Assembly: GCA_045643205.1 (NCBI GenBank)
Contig: JAZUKI010000005.1
Coordinates: forward strand, 1 to 64,000
Origin: Clostridia bacterium
GTDB lineage: Bacteria > Bacillota > Clostridia > TANB77 > CAG-508
Reading direction: 5' to 3'
DNA: 64,000 nt
Below the pieces are notes generated by a model. The model saw only the letters and a list, made by a program, of their open reading frames with translations, made no database searches and had not been told where the DNA came from. The translations under genes and the position numbers were made by a program. How positions within the stretch are numbered: the stretch's first letter is position 1; each line of letters begins with the position of its first letter. This document shows, piece after piece, positions 55,453-64,000 of the stretch.

Positions 55453-55793
55453 TTAGTTAATTCCTTCAATTGAAGTATTTACTTTCTTGCTAACCTTTGT
55501 TGCTTTACCTTTCTTTCCTAAATACTCTTTGTCTGTAGGATTTGTGTCGATAACAACGATTGCTTTTTTCCAATCAGATGTTTTTCCTTCATATCTTCCT
55601 ACTCTTTTCATTTTTCCTTTTACGTTAATTGTATTAACATCAAGAACTTTTACATTGAATAATTTTTCAACAGCATTCTTAATATCAATCTTAGTAGCTT
55701 TCTTATTTACTTTGAAAACATACTTTCCATTAGCAATATCTTCATTGCTTTTTTCAGTAACGATAGGTTTTACGATAATATCTTCTGCAACCA

Positions 55794-55794
<1 letters not shown>
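55453..55794 (-). CDS. rplW: 50S ribosomal protein L23 (extended C-terminus)
   Basis: PIVTEKS, WKKAIV. Confidence 0.97.
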
Positions 55795-56414
<620 letters not shown>

Positions 56415-56433
56415 ATCTATCTGTCCTCCTTTC

Positions 56434-57063
56434 CTATGCTTTTACACTTGATTTAATTTTTAATATAGAACCCTTAGCTCCAGGAACGCTTCCTTTAACT
56501 AAGATAACATTCTTGTCTGTATCAACTCTAACAATTGCTAAATTTTGAATTGTTATTGTTTGTACACCCATATGTCCTGGTAATCTCTTACCCTTGTATA
56601 CTCTACCTGGTGTAGATGTAGATCCCATTGAACCTGGTCTTCTATGATACATAGAACCATGTCCCATAGGTCCTCTTGATTGTCCCCAACGTTTGATAAC
56701 GCCTTGGAATCCTTTTCCTTTTGAAGTTCCTTGGATATCAACTTTTTCGCCTTCTGCAAATACATCAGCTTTAAGTTCATCTCCAACTTTAATTCCTTCA
56801 ATTGAATCAAGTCTTACTTCTTTTAAATATTTTTTAGGAGCAATATTGCTCTTTTTAAATTTTCCTAATTCTGGTTTGTTTAATTTTGATTCTTTAACTT
56901 CACCAAATCCTAATTGTACAGCTGTGTAACCATCTTGTTCTACTGTTTTGATTTGTGTAACAGTACATGGTCCAACTTCGATTGCTGTAACAGGAATTGT
57001 TTTTCCGTTTTCGTCGAAAATTTGTGTCATTCCGACTTTCTTTCCTATTAATGCCTTCTTCAT
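56434..57063 (-). CDS. rplC: 50S ribosomal protein L3
   Basis: KVGMTQ, GKGFQG, RRPGSMG. Confidence 0.99.
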   Translation of the reverse strand: MKKALIGKKVGMTQIFDENGKTIPVTAIEVGPCTVTQIKTVEQDGYTAVQLGFGEVKESKLNKPELGKFKKSNIAPKKYLKEVRLDSIEGIKVGDELKADVFAEGEKVDIQGTSKGKGFQGVIKRWGQSRGPMGHGSMYHRRPGSMGSTSTPGRVYKGKRLPGHMGVQTITIQNLAIVRVDTDKNVILVKGSVPGAKGSILKIKSSVKA

Positions 57064-57218
57064 TATTTCCTCCTATTGGCTAACTTTCTGTTAGCTTGGC
57101 TTTTTGAAACATTCTAAATATTTAATGCTTCAATTTGATTTTGTTAATATTTAAATTCTAAATTATTTTAATTAGAAACTTTATAAGTAATTATATAAAG
57201 TAATTAATCAATTATAAT

Positions 57219-57569
57219 TTATAGTTTAATTTCAATATCAACACCTGCTGGTAATTCAATTTTCATTAAACTATCAACTGTTTTTTGAGTTGGATATAAA
57301 ATATCGATAACTCTTTTATGAGTTCTTAACTCAAATTGTTCTCTAGAATCTTTGTGTTTGTGTGGAGAACGTAAGATTGTAACAACTTCTTTGTCAGTTG
57401 GAAGTGGAATAGGTCCTGAAACTTTTGCTCCTGTCTTTTTAGCAGTATCTACTATCTTTTCAGCAGACTGTTCTAAAACAACATGATCATAAGCTTTTAA
57501 TCTTATTCTGATCTTCTCACTTTTTGTTGAAACTGTTTTTTCTGTTTTTGTCTCTTTCTTTGTTGCCAT
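57219..57569 (-). CDS. rpsJ: 30S ribosomal protein S10
   Basis: [22 protein letters not shown]. Confidence 0.99.
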   Translation of the reverse strand: MATKKETKTEKTVSTKSEKIRIRLKAYDHVVLEQSAEKIVDTAKKTGAKVSGPIPLPTDKEVVTILRSPHKHKDSREQFELRTHKRVIDILYPTQKTVDSLMKIELPAGVDIEIKL

Positions 57570-57579
57570 TGTTTTCCCT

Positions 57580-57806
57580 CCTTAAAAATTTTGTTTTTAG
57601 GTCGGATTTTATAAATGTACCCTGGTGTTTCTTTTATAACCATTAAAAAATCCAAAGAACGCATGATAATTCCTTGGCAAAAAAGTACTAACTTTATAAA
57701 ATTTGCCGCCTGGTCTTAGCCATAACATACTCCATAGAAGTTCCCTCCATCGCCCGTTTCAAAAGGTGTGTAGCCACATTCTACTTCAACGCATTATTTA
57801 ACATGC
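57580..57806 (-). ncRNA. Long GC-enriched 5' leader of the S10 operon (Clostridia S10 r-leader-like)
   Basis: About 235 nt between promoter and rpsJ; segments GCGTTGAAGTAGA, CTACACACC, GGAGTATG, AGGCGGC. Confidence 0.6.
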
Positions 57807-57812
57807 CCCTCT

Positions 57813-57841
57813 ATTATACCTCGGGGCGTTTCCAAAGTCAA
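57813..57841 (-). promoter_or_regulatory. S10 operon promoter
   Basis: TTGACT-N17-TATAAT. Confidence 0.8.
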
Positions 57842-57895
57842 GCATTTTTTCGTTATTTTTCAGTATTTTTAGTATTTTTTTGCATGTTTTTTATA

Positions 57896-57931
57896 AAAAA
57901 ATAATAAGCCCTATTTTTAGAGCTTATTATT
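57896..57931 (-). terminator. Terminator after the metG-transglutaminase unit
   Basis: AATAATAAGC...GCTTATTATT with a U-tract. Confidence 0.7.
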
Positions 57932-58019
57932 TGAATTATTTCCTTATTTTTTATCTTTTTTTATCTTTTTTGTTTTATAGTTTGTTATTTTTATAGTTTG
58001 TTTCTATTATTGTATAATT

Positions 58020-59216
58020 TTAGAATTCTATATCGCCTAAATCATCAGTTTTCTTTGTTTTTGTAGCATTCTCTGGTTGGCTTTCTATATTTAGTAGTTG
58101 ACTGTAATCTTTTTTAGGATCTCTACTTAGTTTTTCCAAATATCTTTTTTCTTTTTCTGAAGCTTTTTGGCATTCTCTTACAATCTTTTGCATTCCTGTT
58201 ATTTGTTTTCTTGATTGCAAATTTTCTTTTTCTATTTTTTCTAATAAATCTTTATTGCTTATTGGTACATACTCTTTATTTATATGATCATATATATACC
58301 TTGCAAATTTTTGCTCTTTGTTTTTAGTATGAATTACTGTAAATATTTCAATAACTTCTTTAGGTAATTTTGTAGTTTCATCAATTGTATATAAGTTATC
58401 TATTCTAAAATTTTCTTTTTCTTTATAACTAAGTCCATATTTAAGCATTTGCCAATATATTCTTGTTCTCTCTGTATATCCTAAATTCTTTATTCCAGGA
58501 ATTCTAGATATATCTCTAAACATTACTTCAACTCTTTCTTTAAAAGGTATACTTGTAAACATAGGATCATAAAAAGATTCTTCATTTTCTTCATCATATA
58601 CATTAGTTGATAAAAATTTATTTCTAAGTTTACTAATATATTTTCCTCCACTATAGTCGTAGTTTGTAAATCCTATGCTTTTATCTAATGCTATTTTTTC
58701 TTCTTCTCCTAAAATTCTATCGCATTGATAATCATCCTCATCATGAAATCCAAAGAAATCTGTCATACAATTTAGTTGTATATTAATTAAATCTCTCTGT
58801 AAATCACAAGAATAAAAGTGACCATCTAATTTAGCTGAAACACTATCATGAGGTATTGTTATTAAACCTGCACCATAATTTATATAGCTTTCAATTCCTA
58901 CTGCTCTTAATGTATTTGCATATAATCTATTTAAATCTACACATATACCTTTAAATTTTTTATTTTCTTTAATTTGATTAAATTCAATAACATTTTCTTT
59001 AGCTAATTTAAAAATTCTTTTCTGTGCTTTGCTATTTCCTGCCAAAAATCTTTCATCATATGATAATAATTTTCCTAAATTAATATATATGTATCTTGCT
59101 TTTTGTAATTCAGTATAATCCTTTGGAATTTCATCTATCATTTTTTCAATAGCATTTTCATATATTCTAGGTATGTTCTTTTGTTCTGTTGGTAGTATTT
59201 TTGTTTTATCTTCCAT
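58020..59216 (-). CDS. Transglutaminase-like (Cys-His-Asp) cysteine protease family protein
   Basis: KARYIYINLG...YD, GICVDLNRLYANTLRAVGI, PHDSV, YSCDL. Confidence 0.7.
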   Translation of the reverse strand: MEDKTKILPTEQKNIPRIYENAIEKMIDEIPKDYTELQKARYIYINLGKLLSYDERFLAGNSKAQKRIFKLAKENVIEFNQIKENKKFKGICVDLNRLYANTLRAVGIESYINYGAGLITIPHDSVSAKLDGHFYSCDLQRDLINIQLNCMTDFFGFHDEDDYQCDRILGEEEKIALDKSIGFTNYDYSGGKYISKLRNKFLSTNVYDEENEESFYDPMFTSIPFKERVEVMFRDISRIPGIKNLGYTERTRIYWQMLKYGLSYKEKENFRIDNLYTIDETTKLPKEVIEIFTVIHTKNKEQKFARYIYDHINKEYVPISNKDLLEKIEKENLQSRKQITGMQKIVRECQKASEKEKRYLEKLSRDPKKDYSQLLNIESQPENATKTKKTDDLGDIEF

Positions 59217-59242
59217 GTTATGCCTTTCATATTTTGTAGTTA

Positions 59243-60841
59243 TTATTTTTTCATTAAATCTTTAATATATTCAACTGCTTCATTTGAATCTAATCTTAAG
59301 AATATTGGAGTTCCTTGTTCTGCAACTTTTACATTTTTAAGTTCTTTATATTCTTGAAGTAAATTCCAATTAATATTAAAACTATCTAATCCTAATTGTC
59401 TGAATATTTCATCAGATGTTTTTTTCATTAATGGTCTGATTAAAATTGCAATGCTTCTTAAGTTTGCAACTAGGTGATACATTACTGATTTTAAATTTTC
59501 AATTCTTTTTGTTCTTTCTTCAGCTGTTTCTCCTTCTATATCTTTTGCTAATGTCCAAGGAGCTGTGTCATCAATATATTTGTTTGTTAGGTGAACTAAC
59601 TCCCAAATATCTTGAAGTGAACTTGAGAATTCACAATCATTAATATCTTTTTCATATTTTTCTATTGCAGTTTGTACTGCATTTTCAATATCAATATCAA
59701 CTTGGTTTTCTAATCCTTGGTATTCATCAATTTCTCCGCCAAAGTATTTATTAACCATAGCCACTGTACGATTTAATAAGTTTCCTAAATCATTGCATAA
59801 ATCAGAATTGTAATTTTCAACAAATTGTTCAGGTGTGAACAATCCATCTGAGTTTGATGGAACAATTTTTATTAAGCAATATTTTGTTGCATCAAGTCCA
59901 TATTTTTCTATTAATTGTTCTGGGTAAATTACATTTCCTTTTGATTTACTCATCTTGCCATCTTTCATTGTAATCCAGTTATGAACATAAATTGTTTTTG
60001 GTAATGGTAAGTCTAATGCCATTAAGAATATTGGCCAATATATTAAATGGAATCTTGCTATGTCTTTTCCAACTACATGCATATCAGCTGGCCAAAATTT
60101 GTTAAATAATGTTTCATCATCACTTCCATATCCAAGTGCTGTGATGTAGTTTGTTAGAGCATCAAGCCAAACATAAACAACATGTTTTGGATCACTTAAT
60201 ACTTGAACTCCCCAATCAAATGATGTACGTGTTACGCATAAATCTTCAAGTCCTGGTTTGATAAAGTTATTTATCATTTCTGTTTTTCTATAACTTGGTT
60301 TTACAAAATCAGGATGTGAATCATAATATTCTAATAATTTATCTGCATATTTTTTCATATTGAAAAAGTATGCTTCTTCTTTCATCTTCTTTACTTCTCT
60401 TCCACAGTCAGGACATTTTCCTTCTACTACTTGTGTTTCTGTAAAGTAACTTTCACAAGGTTCACAATACCAACCTTCGTATGTTCCCTTGTAGATATCA
60501 CCTTGTTTTAAAAATCTTTCAAATATTTTTTGTACCGCTTCAACATGAAAATCATCTGTTGTTCTTATAAATTGGTTGTATTCAATGTCCATGTCTTTCC
60601 AAAGGTTCTTTGCCATGTCAGCCATTTTATCAACATATTCTTTTGGTGTTTCATTTGCTTCTATAGATTTTGTTTGAATCTTTTGTCCATGTTCATCAGC
60701 ACCAGTAAGCATGTAGCATTCATCGCCTTTTAACTCATGGTATTTCTTTACCATGTTTGTTAAAACCTCACAATATGCTGTACCAATATGGTATTTTCCA
60801 CTTGGATAATAAATTGGTGTTGTAATATAAAATTTACTCAT
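59243..60841 (-). CDS. metG: Methionine--tRNA ligase (short form, no C-terminal tRNA-binding domain)
   Basis: TTPIYYPSG, HIG, DEHGQKI, YVWLDAL, KMSKS. Confidence 0.97.
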   Translation of the reverse strand: MSKFYITTPIYYPSGKYHIGTAYCEVLTNMVKKYHELKGDECYMLTGADEHGQKIQTKSIEANETPKEYVDKMADMAKNLWKDMDIEYNQFIRTTDDFHVEAVQKIFERFLKQGDIYKGTYEGWYCEPCESYFTETQVVEGKCPDCGREVKKMKEEAYFFNMKKYADKLLEYYDSHPDFVKPSYRKTEMINNFIKPGLEDLCVTRTSFDWGVQVLSDPKHVVYVWLDALTNYITALGYGSDDETLFNKFWPADMHVVGKDIARFHLIYWPIFLMALDLPLPKTIYVHNWITMKDGKMSKSKGNVIYPEQLIEKYGLDATKYCLIKIVPSNSDGLFTPEQFVENYNSDLCNDLGNLLNRTVAMVNKYFGGEIDEYQGLENQVDIDIENAVQTAIEKYEKDINDCEFSSSLQDIWELVHLTNKYIDDTAPWTLAKDIEGETAEERTKRIENLKSVMYHLVANLRSIAILIRPLMKKTSDEIFRQLGLDSFNINWNLLQEYKELKNVKVAEQGTPIFLRLDSNEAVEYIKDLMKK

Positions 60842-61778
60842 GCTTTCCCTTCTTTCCTTTATAAGATGATGATATTAAAATCTTTTTAATTAATGATTTT
60901 AAATTTCTTGCTTTTATATATTTTCCTATTCTTCTTTTCTTCAATTCATCTTTATAAAATTTGTCTAATATTTTATTGTTCTTTAATTCTTTTCTAACAG
61001 CAATCAATGAATATACTCCATAGATTCCTACGTTTTCTTTTGTTTCTTTTGCTAAGTCCATTTTAGAAGATGTTTCAATAATACTATCGAATGATGTTAG
61101 CATATCTTCTAATCTTTTTTTAATTTTATCTTCATCATTTCCTCTAGTGATACTGTATACTGTTTGAACATAGTGATATTCATGATCAGGTAATACTGCT
61201 GCTTTTTTACTTTTTAAAAGTATTAATGGCATTATTGCAAAATCTTCATGATATTTTCCAACTGGAAATTTCATAACTATATCTTTTCTAATTGCATAAA
61301 GCCATACACCACATAATAGTGGTTCAATTCCATATAGTTTATTAAATGCTTCTTCACCAGTCATGATTCCAACTATTTTATTTTCTGGAACAGCAATTTC
61401 TTTTAGATATTCATCTTCAATATATGGATTCCATTTAATTAAATCACATTCTGCATTGACACATCCTTGTATGTCTTGAAGTAATGTTTCACTAATATAA
61501 TCATCACTATCAACAAAGATAATATAATCTCCTGCAGCTTGATCAATTAAAAAGTTTCTTGTTGCTGAAACTCCTTCATTTTCTTTGAAAAAATATTTAA
61601 CGTTTTCATATTCATCAGCATATTTTTTTGAAATTTCTTTTGTATTATCATTTGAACCATCATCAGCAATTATTATTTCATATTCCATATCGCTTGGATG
61701 TTGATTTAATATTGAGTCTATTGTTCTTGATAAAGTTGTACCTGCATTATACGCTGGTATTAAAAAACTAATATTCAT
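60834..61778 (-). CDS. Glycosyltransferase family 2
   Basis: IPAYN, DDGSND, FVDSDD, HED. Confidence 0.92.
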   Translation of the reverse strand: MNISFLIPAYNAGTTLSRTIDSILNQHPSDMEYEIIIADDGSNDNTKEISKKYADEYENVKYFFKENEGVSATRNFLIDQAAGDYIIFVDSDDYISETLLQDIQGCVNAECDLIKWNPYIEDEYLKEIAVPENKIVGIMTGEEAFNKLYGIEPLLCGVWLYAIRKDIVMKFPVGKYHEDFAIMPLILLKSKKAAVLPDHEYHYVQTVYSITRGNDEDKIKKRLEDMLTSFDSIIETSSKMDLAKETKENVGIYGVYSLIAVRKELKNNKILDKFYKDELKKRRIGKYIKARNLKSLIKKILISSSYKGKKGKHE

Positions 61779-61789
61779 AATTTCCTCAC

Positions 61790-62875
61790 TTATTTATCAT
61801 TGTTCATAACTGAAGCTAATGTATTTATAACATTTTGATTGTATACATTTGGTGAAAATGGTTGCATTCTGAAACCTTGTTGTAAGAATTGTCTCATTCC
61901 ATTTAAAACACCTGTATCTGAATTTTCAGTTACAATTCCATATTTTCCTTCTATGTCTGATTTAGCATCAGAAACATCTGTTGTAATTATAGGTATGCCT
62001 AAGCTTAAAGCTTCAAGCCAAACTACTGGATATCCTTCAAATTGTGATGACATAAGAAGTGCACTTGATTGTGCCATATAGCAATATGGATTTAATTTTG
62101 CTCCAAAGAAATGAATATTAGGTAAGTTTTGAGAATGTTCTTTATATTGCTCCATATCTGGACCATCACCTAATATTGCAACTCTGAATTTATATCCTTC
62201 TTGGCATAATCTTCTTGTTGCTTCAATAATTCTGCTAATTTTCTTTTGATTTTCATCTAATCTACAAACACTAATAAATGTAGGAATATTGCTTCTTACT
62301 ATTTCATTTTGTGGTTGCGCTGCTTTTCTTCTAACATCATTAAAATCAATTAGGTTATTACATCTAACTAATTTAGATAATAAATTTGGCATTAATGATG
62401 CAAATACTTTTCTATCTTTTTCAGAAACAAAAACAATTTTTTTGTATTCTTCAACTTTTAGTTCGTTATAAAATCTTTTATATTTTATAACATCACCTTG
62501 ATAAAATTCTAAGTAATCATTGTGTACCCAAAGTATTGGATTCTCACTTGCTGTACGTGCTACAAATGAACATGGATATGAATATGTAGCATAGCAAATT
62601 GATGCATCAAATTTGTTCTCGTATTCTTTCTTGAATGCAATTTGTTTTTGTAAATTTATTGTTTTTCTAATAGCTCCAATTGCAAAGTCACTTACACTAT
62701 ATGTGATAACATTTACTTCTTTAGGTAAAATATCTAAATATTCACCTTCTTTTTTCTCTAGACATAATGTAATTTCATATTGTTTTGTTGCTAACAATGT
62801 GTATATTAAATTTAATAAAGCTTTTTCAATACCTCCAATTTTTAATGAGTGTGTTGAAATTAATATTTTTTTCAT
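61790..62875 (-). CDS. Glycosyltransferase family 4 (GT-B)
   Basis: GGIEK, GDGPD, NPY, FEGYPVVWLEA. Confidence 0.9.
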   Translation of the reverse strand: MKKILISTHSLKIGGIEKALLNLIYTLLATKQYEITLCLEKKEGEYLDILPKEVNVITYSVSDFAIGAIRKTINLQKQIAFKKEYENKFDASICYATYSYPCSFVARTASENPILWVHNDYLEFYQGDVIKYKRFYNELKVEEYKKIVFVSEKDRKVFASLMPNLLSKLVRCNNLIDFNDVRRKAAQPQNEIVRSNIPTFISVCRLDENQKKISRIIEATRRLCQEGYKFRVAILGDGPDMEQYKEHSQNLPNIHFFGAKLNPYCYMAQSSALLMSSQFEGYPVVWLEALSLGIPIITTDVSDAKSDIEGKYGIVTENSDTGVLNGMRQFLQQGFRMQPFSPNVYNQNVINTLASVMNNDK

Positions 62876-62985
62876 AAAACCAACCTTCTTAATAAAATTT
62901 AATCATTCGTATATTTTTATATACTGTTTGTGATATTTTTATTTAACTGTTTTTGAATAACTTCTTACTATATTCTCTTATATTC

Positions 62986-63627
62986 TTAGTTTGTGATAGT
63001 TACAACATTGTATCCTAAAAATAATCCTGATTCTATTACGCCTGGAATAGATTTAATTTTCTTTTCTAAGTCCATTCCAATATCAGTAAATCTTGCATCT
63101 AAAATTGCATTATTATTTTCTGTCATTCCTCTAAAAATTGTTTCTGTTGCACCAATTTTAGTTAACTCGTTAGAAACATAGTTAACCGCTGCTGGGAATA
63201 CTTCCACTGGAACTGGGTGAGATTCTCCTAGTTTTTTTACAAGTTTTGTACTATCTACTAAAATGTATGTTAATGGTGAATTTACAATGTTTAGTTTTTC
63301 TTTAAACATTGCTCTTCCCATACCTTTAATCATATTGTTCTTTTCATCAACTTCATCAGCTCCATCAAAAGCCCAATCAAGTTCATTTTCTAATAAGTTT
63401 CCTATCTTTATTCCATAACTTTTGCAAAGTTCTTCCATCTCTTTAGATGTAGGAATAGCAGTAATGTTAAGTCTTTCGCTTTGAACTTTCTTTCCTATTT
63501 CTAATGCTGCTAAATATGAAGTACTTCCCCAACCAAATCCAATTGTTTGTCCATCTTGGACTTTTTGTGTTATTAGTTTTGCAAGTGCTTCTTTTGCCTC
63601 TCTATTGGTAATATGTTCAATGTCCAT
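62986..63627 (-). CDS. rpiA: Ribose-5-phosphate isomerase A
   Basis: GxGST, FDGADEVD, IKGxG...EK, IPGVIESGLF. Confidence 0.92.
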   Translation of the reverse strand: MDIEHITNREAKEALAKLITQKVQDGQTIGFGWGSTSYLAALEIGKKVQSERLNITAIPTSKEMEELCKSYGIKIGNLLENELDWAFDGADEVDEKNNMIKGMGRAMFKEKLNIVNSPLTYILVDSTKLVKKLGESHPVPVEVFPAAVNYVSNELTKIGATETIFRGMTENNNAILDARFTDIGMDLEKKIKSIPGVIESGLFLGYNVVTITN

Positions 63628-63703
63628 ATTTCCCTCCTAATTTGCATAATTATACACATTATATTGTATATTTTTCTGGTGAATTTGTAAAGATTTAAGA
63701 GTC

Positions 63704-63733
63704 AAAAAGAAAGGCTTTTTAGGGCCTTTCTTT
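63704..63733 (-). terminator. Terminator after the partial ORF
   Basis: AAAGAAAGGC...GCCTTTCTTT. Confidence 0.75.
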
Positions 63734-63839
63734 ATAGTTTTTAAGTAATTTTTAAGTTGTTAAAATTTACTGATTTTATTATTGATTTTTATTAATTAAT
63801 TTTATTTATAAATTTATTAATTAATTTTAATAATAATTT

Positions 63840-64000
63840 TTATTTAAATCTTCTTCCGCTTCCTCTACGTTTTGTTTTCTTATCTTTTAATCCGTCTGCG
63901 ATTTCTTCTTGCATTTCATCTACTTCATATCTTTTTTTAAGTTCATCAGCCTCGCCATTTAATCTAGCATTTAACATATGTTCTGAAACTGTTCCTTCTG
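63840..64000 (-). CDS. C-terminal fragment of an unidentified protein
   Basis: Open frame ...EGTVSEHMLNARLNGEADELKKRYEVDEMQEEIADGLKDKKTKRRGSGRRFK*, followed by a terminator. Confidence 0.65.
   Translation of the reverse strand, partial: EGTVSEHMLNARLNGEADELKKRYEVDEMQEEIADGLKDKKTKRRGSGRRFK

Noticed and set aside
56553-56810. 85-aa minus-strand ORF within rplC
   Set aside because: Out-of-frame shadow of a conserved gene.
63735-63840. Extremely AT-rich stretch as a replication origin
   Set aside because: No DnaA-box cluster seen; similar low-complexity AT tracts follow many genes here.

Overview
AT-rich chromosomal segment of a Clostridia-type Bacillota genome. The lineage is inferred from gene content, order and leader motifs; it resembles uncultured gut lineages such as TANB77/CAG-269. 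Every credible CDS is on the minus strand and the only plus-strand gene is tRNA-Leu(CAA). In transcription order (right to left): partial ORF, rpiA, GT4, GT2, metG, an orphan transglutaminase-like gene, the S10-spc-alpha ribosomal superoperon, ftsK, a hypothetical gene, a beta-CASP nuclease, a GH15, three uncharacterised genes, radA, a cyclophilin, hrcA-grpE-dnaK-dnaJ (two CIRCE-like sites), a priming glycosyltransferase, LCP, DUF3048, pgi, T-box-thrS, GH13, rny, a DUF4190 membrane protein, sufCBDSU, and the start of a DUF4422-licD-licD-tagF surface-polymer locus. No mobile element or CRISPR array is seen. Main points of interest: (1) a tandem pair of paralogous zincin-like proteins, one with an intact HEXXH...E site and one with it erased, plus a small partner gene, directly upstream of radA; (2) orphan signal-peptide-less enzymes with similar terminal motifs, possibly an export or targeting signal; (3) ribosomal oddities (no rpmD/L30, a ~95-aa K/T/A-rich extension on L22, insertions in L17 and L23); (4) FtsK with a ~90-aa acidic Tyr-periodic tail; (5) recurrent 'echo' duplications of gene 3' ends in intergenic DNA. 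All annotations come from motif recognition by eye; no searches were run.
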